In this document: in pieces, positions 17,114-25,085 of the stretch
How positions within the stretch are numbered: position 1 is the first letter of the stretch
How the letters are laid out: each line of letters starts with the position of its first letter
Assembly: GCA_023271515.1 (NCBI GenBank)
Contig: JALPXQ010000008.1
Span: 1-26,772, forward strand
DNA from: Dehalococcoidia bacterium
Lineage (GTDB): Bacteria; Chloroflexota; Dehalococcoidia; SZUA-161; SpSt-899
Length of the DNA: 26,772 nt
Direction: 5' to 3'
Position numbers and translations under genes: made by a program
Notes under the pieces: model-generated
Told to the model about the DNA's origin: nothing
The model's database searches: none
The model's input: the letters and a program-made list of their open reading frames with translations, nothing else

Positions 17114-17743
17114 CTACAGCGTCTCTAACTCTTCTTCCTCCCTCTCTCTGGCAACTCTCTCTTTTAGCAGCCTCTCAGCTATCTGCTCAGCTTCGGCTTC
17201 ATTTGCCGTTTCCAAGACGTCCATGTATCTCTTTATCTCTTCGTCCTCCTTGGGTTTGGCAAGTAAGCCCAATTCTCCATCTAACATCTCAAGTAAGTTG
17301 TCCACATTCCCTTTCGCTATCTCATTCTGCAGGTTCACTTGTGCCAGAAACTTTTCCAGCTTACTCGCCGGTAGTTTGGTCAGCTTGGTCATTATGCCCT
17401 TATGTGCCAGCAACTCTTGGCTCTCCTGGGTGAAAACCAGATTGTCCACTACTCGAAGTTGGTCGTTGATGTTCTTCAGATACTTGTCGTCGAGTGCCAT
17501 CTCGCGCTCCAAACGCAGCATCTGCCTTGCAGTGCTCCTTTTCTTCGCCTCGCTGCTTTCTCCCGAGCCTTGTTTTATTAGCGCCCTGAACTGCTGAGAC
17601 GCCTTGTCAACCTTTGCTATCCTCAGCTTCTCTTCCCTTTCCAGCCTGATCCTTTCGGCTATCAGGTCATCCTTCTTCAGCTTCTCGAAGGGGTTTCCCT
17701 TTATTTTGTCCAGAATTCCCATTGTGTTTGCCTCCTTTTTCAT
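17114..17743 (-). CDS. ESCRT-III/Snf7-like protein (copy 2). The likely true start is ATG 17722 (MGILDKIKG...).
   Basis: An internal start MGILDKIKG mirrors MGILKKLKG of copy 1 and has an AAGGAGG Shine-Dalgarno site 8 nt upstream. It is all helical with an acidic C-terminus (AREREEEELETL). It lies directly upstream of Vps4-like copy 2. Confidence 0.6.
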   Translation of the reverse strand: MKKEANTMGILDKIKGNPFEKLKKDDLIAERIRLEREEKLRIAKVDKASQQFRALIKQGSGESSEAKKRSTARQMLRLEREMALDDKYLKNINDQLRVVDNLVFTQESQELLAHKGIMTKLTKLPASKLEKFLAQVNLQNEIAKGNVDNLLEMLDGELGLLAKPKEDEEIKRYMDVLETANEAEAEQIAERLLKERVAREREEEELETL

Positions 17744-17771
17744 TTGAGCCAGTTTGTCTTTGCTGTTTGTA

Positions 17772-17879
17772 GCTAGTCAGGTTGTCAGGTTCACGGTTCA
17801 TGGTAGTTTGTCTAACCGTTCAATCTTGATCGGTTGATCGGTGTAACCTTGAACCTCGGAACTTTGAACCTGACTAGTC
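17772..17879. repeat. GGTTCA inverted-repeat element (copy C1), flanked by a perfect 12-nt inverted repeat gctagtcaggtt / aacctgactagc.
   Basis: It has the same core as copy B (caggttgtcaggttcacggttca...tctaaccgttcaatcttgatcgg...taaccttgaacctcggaactttgaacctga). It lies upstream of the ESCRT-III-like copy 2 gene. Confidence 0.7.
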
Positions 17880-17925
17880 TTTGCTGCCTACATTTCATTC
17901 TTTCCTGTGACTTCTCACCTCCTTT

Positions 17926-17997
17926 CAGGTTGTCAGGTTCACGGTTCAATCTTGATCGGGCTAACCTTGAATCGTGAACCCCGGAACTTTGAACCTG
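17926..17997. repeat. GGTTCA inverted-repeat element (copy C2).
   Basis: The sequence is caggttgtcaggttcacggttcaatcttgatcgggctaaccttgaatcgtgaaccccggaactttgaacctg. It is a direct repeat of the C1 core 147 bp downstream. Confidence 0.7.
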
Positions 17998-18002
17998 AGT
18001 AC

Positions 18003-18295
18003 TTAGCATTGACTTAGCATATTCTCGATGGCAATGCGCTCTTTCTCAAGGAGACCCAATGCTTCATACTCCCCAGCCCATATCATTGCCTCCTGATCGT
18101 CTCCATCAAGACCCTTCTCGAATTTCTTGAGAAATTCTTTGCTGCTCATTCCTGTACTCTGCTCAAAATCTCTCAGCTTCTTCCTTGTGGTAGAGATGCT
18201 CCTATCCAGCAAGAGCTTTTCTCTTTTAAGCGATGCTTCCAACACGCCAACCGCTGTCACAACATCTGGAACCTCAAGCTTTATCACACCCATAT
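18003..18295 (-). CDS. Small hypothetical protein of about 96 aa, the last gene of the six-gene operon.
   Basis: There is a GGAGGT Shine-Dalgarno site 6 nt upstream of ATG 18295 (MGVIKLEVPD...). It lies downstream of 18356-19978. The longer ORF-track start at 18359 is unlikely because it overlaps the upstream gene. Confidence 0.45.
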
Positions 18296-18355
18296 AATTA
18301 CCTCCTACTACCCTCATTTCATCTCCACCTGGTATGTAAGGATTCCCCAAAATTC

Positions 18356-19978
18356 TCACCTCAAATAGCCCCGCTCGAGTCTAACCGTATCTCCAACATC
18401 CACCCCCAGTATATCTCTCACCATCCTGTTGACCTTGATCACATCTCGATCACCGTCATCCAGCGGGCGAACGGTTACAAGATGTTCCCTGCCGGAAAAG
18501 ACAATTCTTGCCCGATCAATCCCTTGCAGACCCAGCCGTTCCATTATCTCTGGGTGAACCCGCACGACATTGCCGTATCTATCCTTCGGATGTGGATGGG
18601 TTACCCGCAGCAGTATCTCAACTGACTGGCTGCAAATTGTCTCCACCATATTGATTGGAATGCCGGTTTCAATTGATAATGCAAAGATCTCTTTTCTCAG
18701 TTGATCTCCCTTCACACCAGCCAACCGCTCCTGCATTTTCCTCAATTCTTCCGGTGCTATGTCAAATCTCTCCGATAGGCTCTTGCTATCTTTCCCTGTA
18801 ATCTTTTCAACGCCATCAGAGGTTTGGGATATGGTTTCAAGATCAGACAGGCTGTCCAGTAATTGTTGCATATGATTTCTCAACCCGGGAAGCTCTGTTT
18901 TCGCCATCGCCACATTCAAGATATCCCTTGCTCTTGCATAATGACGCAAGGACGCATCATCATCCCCGGTATGCCGCAGAAGGTCTGCAAGCAGCATCTC
19001 CTCATAGCCACCAAGTATCGTGCTGAGTGCATCTATCCCCGTTGCGATTTCGGTCTTACCTATCTTCTCAAAGTACAACCTGCTCGCCTCAAATGATGAT
19101 CTTGCCTGGCTGATCTCTGATTGTAGTAGAGATAGGTGATCATCATTGTGGCTTAACATCAGATGCATCAGTTGTGTCAGGTGGGCCCAGCCATTACAGA
19201 ACCTGCTGCTTGTAAATAACCCCTCCCTTGTCTCTTCCGAATCTGCATGGAGAGCTGCTTCATAATACATCTTTGCTGCCGCAAGGAAACGGTGCTTGGC
19301 AGCACGGTAATCCCCTTCTCTGTATGATGCTGCCCCCTCCTGCTCGTTATGGATTGCCATCTCGAGCGGCCTCTTTGTCTCAACGATCTCCTTTGCAGGT
19401 GTAACTATTATGTGGCGACCGATAGGTACTCGGAGGTAATCTTCAAAAGCCAGTCCGTACCTCTCCTCCAGGTAATCTCTCATTCCCTTTGGCAACTGAC
19501 CGAATACCGCATTCTTAGCGATCGGATCCATTGGGACCTGTTCACCAGTTGACTGCTGCAGCTCGATATACACGTGCTCTGGAAGGATCACAAAGATGGG
19601 TTCAAATCCGATGGAGCCGAGCATCGCGGCAAGCAGGATCGCCTGGTCATCACAATCCCCGGCGCTGACCTCCAGTGTCGCCACCGCCGGCTGGAAGTGA
19701 TCACCGGGCGGATCATTGATATACTCAATGTTGTCTCGCACCCAGAGAAAGATCGCCTCAGCCACCTTATTGCGATCCGCATCACTCATCCTCTTGACAT
19801 CAAGCGGCGCATCATAAATCTTCTTCACCACCTCGTATGCCGTCTTCCTTACAACAGGTTCTCGTGAGCCCCTTTTTGCCTGCTCAATCATCTCGGCTAC
19901 CTTCAGTATTTTCCTTGACGGCATAAAATTGAGGGAGCCGCAAGAGGTATCACCCGGGGATACTTTCCCATCTCTCAT
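18356..19978 (-). CDS. Transglutaminase-like cysteine protease domain protein. It has a central TPR-like helical region and a C-terminal Cdc48/VAT-N-like double-psi barrel segment.
   Basis: The transglutaminase-like core motif is SAGDCDDQAILLAAMLGSIGFEPIFV, with downstream His and Asp. The C-terminus NVVRVHPEIMERLGLQGIDRARIVFSGREHLVTVRPLDDGDRDVIKVNRMVRDILGVDVGDTVRLE resembles the Cdc48 N-domain. Confidence 0.6.
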   Translation of the reverse strand: MRDGKVSPGDTSCGSLNFMPSRKILKVAEMIEQAKRGSREPVVRKTAYEVVKKIYDAPLDVKRMSDADRNKVAEAIFLWVRDNIEYINDPPGDHFQPAVATLEVSAGDCDDQAILLAAMLGSIGFEPIFVILPEHVYIELQQSTGEQVPMDPIAKNAVFGQLPKGMRDYLEERYGLAFEDYLRVPIGRHIIVTPAKEIVETKRPLEMAIHNEQEGAASYREGDYRAAKHRFLAAAKMYYEAALHADSEETREGLFTSSRFCNGWAHLTQLMHLMLSHNDDHLSLLQSEISQARSSFEASRLYFEKIGKTEIATGIDALSTILGGYEEMLLADLLRHTGDDDASLRHYARARDILNVAMAKTELPGLRNHMQQLLDSLSDLETISQTSDGVEKITGKDSKSLSERFDIAPEELRKMQERLAGVKGDQLRKEIFALSIETGIPINMVETICSQSVEILLRVTHPHPKDRYGNVVRVHPEIMERLGLQGIDRARIVFSGREHLVTVRPLDDGDRDVIKVNRMVRDILGVDVGDTVRLERGYLR

Positions 19979-19990
19979 TTCATAATCCCC

Positions 19991-20227
19991 CTATTTCTTG
20001 TCCACCCTCGAGCCTATTTTGTATAAGATTGCGGCGAGAACGCCGCTGGCTAAGGCGCCGCCCACGGGGCCGCCTATGGCACTACCCAACGTCAAGCCGA
20101 GAGCGGTTCCAGTGGTCATACCAGCAACCTCAAAAAAGCCGTCAAACTCCTCTGGCTCGCCTTCAACATACCTATACTCAACAGCCTTAACCCATTCTAA
20201 ATGCTGATATATTATCTCGCTGTCCAT
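19991..20227 (-). CDS. Small membrane protein of 78 aa with a glycine-zipper TM segment.
   Basis: The C-terminal half is GTALGLTLGSAIGGPVGGALASGVLAAIL, made of GxxxG repeats. It is wedged between the SPFH gene and the transglutaminase-like gene, with a 6 nt gap to the SPFH gene and 12 nt to the transglutaminase-like gene. Confidence 0.5.
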   Translation of the reverse strand: MDSEIIYQHLEWVKAVEYRYVEGEPEEFDGFFEVAGMTTGTALGLTLGSAIGGPVGGALASGVLAAILYKIGSRVDKK

Positions 20228-20233
20228 CGTAAA

Positions 20234-22048
20234 TCACCCCCTATGCGCGATCGTAGCGCCACAATTCGTGCAGAACTTCGTGCCGACAGGCAACTCCACA
20301 TTACATCCGGTGCAGATAACGACCCTCTTTGTTTCCTGAGCCGGCGGTGAGGGTGTTCCACCTATTATTACCGGTTGCCCCTGTTGTCCGCCCGTTACTA
20401 CGGTTGTCCCTCCTGTCTGTGCTCGCGTAGAAGCTGTGGTCCCCATCTGTTCCAGTGCCTTTGCCGCCAGGCGCTCGATTCTATCTCCGCCTTTATCTGC
20501 CATCTCCTGTATTGTCTTAAGCATCTTATCCCTATCGCCAAGGCGATCCTCGTAAATGCTCATAATCTCCTCGGCACTCTTCGACTTATATCTCTCCTTG
20601 AATGCTTCAGCTATGGCAGCGCTGTCCCTCGCTCCAAGGGCAAGTATCTGCTCGTCTGTAAGGCCGGTGGCTAACTTCATTCTTGCCAGTTCGGTGAGGT
20701 GCTCTGCCTGTTTGCTCTCCACCATAGAAATGAGAGCCTCATCCGAAGCCGCAGAACGCACCTTAAGCCGCTGTTCCTCAAGCTCGGCTTCTTTCTGCAT
20801 CCGCTCAATCTCAAGTTTCTGATAGCCGGCCACATCCTCTCTTTTTGCTGCTTTCAAATCTCTCAGAGCTTTCAATCCCATATCCAGTTCTTCTCGATCT
20901 TGCTCCATCTCTAGCTCATGCGACTTTCGCCCCATCTCCAGTTCATGCAAACGCCGTTCAGCATCCATATCCAGCGCGTGTCTCTGTTCAACTCGTTTCA
21001 GCATCAAATCCCGTGCAAAGGCTCGATCCTGGCGATTCTCCTCAAATATTTGTTTGAGTTCAACCATCTCGTTCTCTTGAATGACCTTGCTCCTGTCGAG
21101 CTCGTGCAAGAACTTTTCAAGGTCTTCTGCATTCTGGAGTTCATTGATCTTATCAGCAGTGAGCCTTGCACGCATCCTCCTTGTGAGATCAAGCCGCCTA
21201 TCCGCAAGAGTTTCTCGCTCTTCATCCCTGGCGTATTCACCTCGCTCTCTGCGTATGGCTTCCCAGTAGCTTTCATCATAGTCGAAATATGAAAGATACA
21301 CCAGGTTAAGCCCGTTTCGACTGAGCGTTGTATCCAGGTGATGCCTGAAATCCTGCTCGATCTCCTTTTTCAATTCGAGATTGCCATACAACTCCTCGAA
21401 CGAATACTGCTTGATCTTTGATTGCAGTATATTCAGCAGCTCACTCCTCAACATCGCTTCAATATCTGTTATCAGTATCTCCTCTTTGGTTTTCATGAGG
21501 TTCTGGAAGAACAGTATCGGCTCCTCGATGTTCAGAACGACTTTCCCTCTCACCCCGGCATCGAAGTTCTCTCTTGTTCTCAGACCACCGATATTGAAAT
21601 TGAGTCCAACATCGGCGTCATCCACTAATATTATAGTTGCCCTCTCTGCCAGATTGAGATTCTTTATCATCGAGATAAGCCCCCCTACATTGTATCTCCC
21701 GGGCGGCAATTCCCCAAAGAACCTTCCTTCCTGCAAGACTATCGCCTTCGTTCCTGAGGTGATAGTTATGTTCTTGCTGAAGATCCCTTTGATGTCGCTG
21801 ACCTCCAATCTGCGCGCAAAGTCATTGGGACCTCTTTGCCAGGTGCTTATTTTGCCGGGGTCTTCCCTCTTTTCTACGAACTGGCTGCTCGCACCACAAC
21901 CGGGGCAGAACTTATATTCCGGCTCTATTGACCTGCCGCAGTTGCTGCAAACCGATTCAGAGAAGAGAGGGCTTCCACATTGCGAGCAGAATCTGCTCTT
22001 GGGATCACTCCTTACTCCACACTTGCTGCACGTTATTTTTTCAAACAT
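20234..22048 (-). CDS. Zinc-ribbon / SPFH (band-7/flotillin-like) / long coiled-coil / zinc-ribbon protein of 604 aa.
   Basis: The N-terminus has four CxxCG pairs (CSKCG, CSQCG, CSNCG, CPGCG). There is an SPFH-like segment (AIVLQEGRFFGELPPGRYNV...ILITDIEAMLRSELLNILQSKIKQYSFEELYGN). A coiled coil of about 250 aa is rich in E, R and A. The C-terminus is CTGCNVELPVGTKFCTNCG. There is a GGAGGA Shine-Dalgarno site 6 nt upstream of the ATG. Confidence 0.65.
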   Translation of the reverse strand: MFEKITCSKCGVRSDPKSRFCSQCGSPLFSESVCSNCGRSIEPEYKFCPGCGASSQFVEKREDPGKISTWQRGPNDFARRLEVSDIKGIFSKNITITSGTKAIVLQEGRFFGELPPGRYNVGGLISMIKNLNLAERATIILVDDADVGLNFNIGGLRTRENFDAGVRGKVVLNIEEPILFFQNLMKTKEEILITDIEAMLRSELLNILQSKIKQYSFEELYGNLELKKEIEQDFRHHLDTTLSRNGLNLVYLSYFDYDESYWEAIRRERGEYARDEERETLADRRLDLTRRMRARLTADKINELQNAEDLEKFLHELDRSKVIQENEMVELKQIFEENRQDRAFARDLMLKRVEQRHALDMDAERRLHELEMGRKSHELEMEQDREELDMGLKALRDLKAAKREDVAGYQKLEIERMQKEAELEEQRLKVRSAASDEALISMVESKQAEHLTELARMKLATGLTDEQILALGARDSAAIAEAFKERYKSKSAEEIMSIYEDRLGDRDKMLKTIQEMADKGGDRIERLAAKALEQMGTTASTRAQTGGTTVVTGGQQGQPVIIGGTPSPPAQETKRVVICTGCNVELPVGTKFCTNCGATIAHRG

Positions 22049-22136
22049 TTTCTATCCTCCTTCTTCTAGGTTCTACGTTGTCTGGTCACTGCCGACCTCT
22101 GACTTCTCACCTGTCACTTCTGACCTCTGTACACGC

Positions 22137-23297
22137 TTACTTTAGTTTTCCCCCACAAAAGGGGCAGGCGATCCACTCCGCTTCTACCTTCTGACCGCAT
22201 TGGGAGCACTTCAATTCAAGTTCGGTCCCGCAGAACGGACACATGCGCCACCCTTCTTGTAGTTTATTGTTGCATTTTGCACACCTCCTTTCAACATCAC
22301 TAGCATCTGCCCCACCACCTATCTCACTGCGCTGAACTATACTATCGCTCACCTCAATGCTTCTACCCTTCGTTGATGAGTCACCTGTCTTGCCAGTTTC
22401 CGCTGCGCCAACTGTGCTTCTTTGAATTACGCTATCTTTGATCTGCGTTGCTCCAGAAGATACAACTTCGCCGATTGACCCTATATCAACCTTTGTTACC
22501 GTTTTATCGGCCTCCATTACCTGAACTAAAAAATCCTTTTCGGCATGGTATTTTACTCCATTTACATCAATGCAGACCACATCCAAATTCAGGCTTACAA
22601 AACCACTTTCTCGTGTTCTTAGAACCGGCTGGATAACCACACTCTGGTTCGGCCTCAGGAACTCGGTGCAGACCAGTGTCTTATCCAGTTCAAACTTTGA
22701 ATTCTCTTTCAATGAGACGGTTATGCTTGCGATGTTTTCTTTGCTTATATTTTTGAAAATACAATCCAACGGCTTCCACTGCTCCTGTATCATTTCTTGT
22801 GCCTTCAGCTGGATACTCAGCGGACTGACATACACCTCCATCTCGTTCGAAAGCAGATCATCGAGTGAAAACTTGTTCTCGATCTCGCAGACTGCTCGTG
22901 TTGAAAAATGGCCGCCGGTATTGGCCCGGATTCGGTATTGATATTCTTTCTCTTCGCCCGGAGCTAGTTGGCATACCATATCAGGCATGTCCCCAATCAA
23001 CTCGAATTGTGGAGGGATTTCATCTGTGACAATGCAGTCTAACAGACCTGCTCGGCGCCGGCTTTGAAGTTTTATCGTTATAGTTATTGCCTCTCCGATT
23101 TCAATATATTTGTTTGAGCACACCTTGGAAAATGAAAGAATAGAGTCATCTCCCGATATCTTTGCGATCCCCTTTTGAATACCACTCACAACTGCGTCAA
23201 CTTTTGCTTTTTGGGTTGCGTCCTGAATCTTCTCTTTTATTCCGCTTGCATCTATTCTATCCTTCACTATCCTGGAGAAGTCTTTAATGTCCTTCAT
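22137..23297 (-). CDS. Protein with an N-terminal helical segment, beta-rich Ig-like middle domains and a C-terminal double zinc ribbon.
   Basis: The C-terminus is CAKCNNK...CPFCGTEL...CSQCGQK...CPFCGGKL. There is a GGAGGTGGAG Shine-Dalgarno site upstream of ATG 23297. The start overlaps the stop of the upstream gene (ATAATG). Confidence 0.55.
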   Translation of the reverse strand: MKDIKDFSRIVKDRIDASGIKEKIQDATQKAKVDAVVSGIQKGIAKISGDDSILSFSKVCSNKYIEIGEAITITIKLQSRRRAGLLDCIVTDEIPPQFELIGDMPDMVCQLAPGEEKEYQYRIRANTGGHFSTRAVCEIENKFSLDDLLSNEMEVYVSPLSIQLKAQEMIQEQWKPLDCIFKNISKENIASITVSLKENSKFELDKTLVCTEFLRPNQSVVIQPVLRTRESGFVSLNLDVVCIDVNGVKYHAEKDFLVQVMEADKTVTKVDIGSIGEVVSSGATQIKDSVIQRSTVGAAETGKTGDSSTKGRSIEVSDSIVQRSEIGGGADASDVERRCAKCNNKLQEGWRMCPFCGTELELKCSQCGQKVEAEWIACPFCGGKLK

Positions 23298-24871
23298 TAT
23301 CTCTCCACCTCCATCATACCTTTAATGATTGCGAATTCCTTCTCCGAGATCCTTTCTCTAATTCTCAGTGTGTCGGCCCCATTGGCGATAACAGAACGCT
23401 TGCGCGAAGAAGAACCAAGAATAGAATTACTGGATATGTGTCCCAGAAGCGCTAATTCAAGTTCCCGATCACTCATCAACCTGTTTGTCAGATTCTCCGT
23501 GAATAGAGCATCAAGCCCTTCCCGATGATCCCCCCCGCTGAATTTTGCAAGCAAGGATGAAGCAAGTGATTTCGACTCCTCTGTGACAGAGTTTGGTGGA
23601 AATATCATGAATCTCTGCGTTCCTGCTTTTTCATCCTTGAAAAGAGCAACGAAAGCTGGAATATATACCAAAAAGGAGCCCTGAGCATCTTCGGCCACGC
23701 CGGGTAAGGGCAGGCTGATACTTAATTCATTTATCCTGTCAGTCAGTGCGTTCTTTGCATTTATGATGTATGCCTCTTTAGCAGCCATGAATCTCTCGAG
23801 CAGACGCTCGACACTTTGCATCTTCTCCTTGAATTCATACCTGATGCTCTCTGTCTCATTGTCGAAATTCTCCACTTGCTCATCCAGAGCCAGCAGTTGA
23901 TTATGTAGTTCTGTTCTACGGTTTGCGGCTCTCTCTTTGATTTCTCTGATAGCCTTGTCTATATCCACCAACTGATTCTTACATTCGGTGATAGAGTCTT
24001 TAAGCCGTTCCACTTCACCGGAAGTGCTGGAGAGTTGTTTATTTAGCTGCTGAATCTTGTGTTCTACGGTCTTCCGGCGACCCATACGATCAGAGAGCAA
24101 ATTCTCCTCATCTTCGTCGTTATCCCTTTTCAATTGCTTTATCTCGGCCGCCTTTATCTTAAACGCATCTATCATCTCTCTCCGTTTCTTGTTCCTCATC
24201 ACCATCGTCTTTTCACATTCTTCGGAGAGATTTGCTATCAATAACTGGCTTCTTTGTGTTATTAGTTCCTGAATATCATCCAGGTGAGATGGCAAACTGG
24301 ACAATTTGTCCTCCTCGCACTCCAGCATCTGATGAATCTCTTCAACCTCCTTATTTTGCTCGAAGCTATCGGTGTCGAATAAGAAAACATCTGTGCTTTC
24401 CGTTTCAAAGACGGAGCCCAAAAGCTCCCTTAAATCGTCCAGAGCTTGTTTGCCAGGCAGCGACTCGAATGCTCGTGTATGCTCTTTAACCTCTGCAATC
24501 GATGCGACCAGTGTGGAAAGTCCCCTTATGAACTCATCATAGTCGGTCTCTGCTCGAGCGAATGTTTTCTCCAGAGATTCTAGATCGTGCACCACAATCT
24601 CCGGGAAGGATAAGATCTTCTTTTGTGCCAAAGCCTCATGCAAGATCACTATACCCCGTCCCCGGCGAGCATAAAAAGATATAAGAACGGGGATAGCCAA
24701 CTCTGCTATCCCCCTCACAATCTCCGCCGACTTCTTAAAGAGCCCACCACCCTTTTTGCTCCGGTGCACATTCAGCACCAACCTGGGCAGATATTCCGCT
24801 TCCGGCATCCTGCTTCCACTTGATATTGCAAAGTGAACTGACTTCATGTTTCCCCCTCTTATCAGGTTCAA
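23297..24871 (-). CDS. Coiled-coil protein of unknown function, the first gene of the six-gene operon. The likely true start is ATG 24847 (MKSVHF...).
   Basis: It is a 524 aa ORF with a long central coiled coil (residues about 200-380) and a C-terminal globular part. The ORF-track start 24871 is TTG. An internal ATG at 24847 has a G-rich Shine-Dalgarno site. Confidence 0.5.
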   Translation of the reverse strand: MNLIRGGNMKSVHFAISSGSRMPEAEYLPRLVLNVHRSKKGGGLFKKSAEIVRGIAELAIPVLISFYARRGRGIVILHEALAQKKILSFPEIVVHDLESLEKTFARAETDYDEFIRGLSTLVASIAEVKEHTRAFESLPGKQALDDLRELLGSVFETESTDVFLFDTDSFEQNKEVEEIHQMLECEEDKLSSLPSHLDDIQELITQRSQLLIANLSEECEKTMVMRNKKRREMIDAFKIKAAEIKQLKRDNDEDEENLLSDRMGRRKTVEHKIQQLNKQLSSTSGEVERLKDSITECKNQLVDIDKAIREIKERAANRRTELHNQLLALDEQVENFDNETESIRYEFKEKMQSVERLLERFMAAKEAYIINAKNALTDRINELSISLPLPGVAEDAQGSFLVYIPAFVALFKDEKAGTQRFMIFPPNSVTEESKSLASSLLAKFSGGDHREGLDALFTENLTNRLMSDRELELALLGHISSNSILGSSSRKRSVIANGADTLRIRERISEKEFAIIKGMMEVER

Positions 24872-24908
24872 GGCTCAGGGGTTCACGGTTCAAGGGTTCC
24901 CCTGAGGG
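24864..24908. repeat. GGTTCA-type element (copy D) with a hairpin ctcagggg...cccctgag, in the 5' leader of the six-gene operon.
   Basis: The sequence is caggttcaaggctcaggggttcacggttcaagggttcccctgagg. Confidence 0.55.
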
Positions 24909-25085
24909 ATCACCCTGAAGGGTTAGACCGCTCAAGATTCGTAGAGCTTTCTCCTCTCATCCTCCCCACCTTATGCACCAGGATGTCGGCCTGGTTCACG
25001 AGTTCAGCCGGAATAGGCGTCTTTTTCTTCACTCTCCGCTTTATCTGTTCTCTTAAGGTGTATCAAGCTGTTGTGCCACGATTGT

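Noticed and set aside
17812-18009. 65-aa minus-strand ORF in the 17744-18002 spacer.
   Set aside because: It is composed of the GGTTCA inverted-repeat elements C1 and C2. It has no Shine-Dalgarno site. It is more plausibly a structured non-coding leader.
21381-22145. 254-aa plus-strand ORF.
   Set aside because: It is antisense to SPFH/zinc-ribbon gene 20234-22048, is Ser/Leu-rich low complexity, and has no ribosome-binding site.
24735-24935. 66-aa minus-strand ORF spanning the start of gene 23297-24871 and element D.
   Set aside because: It overlaps the better-supported coiled-coil gene start and the repeat element, and its composition is atypical.
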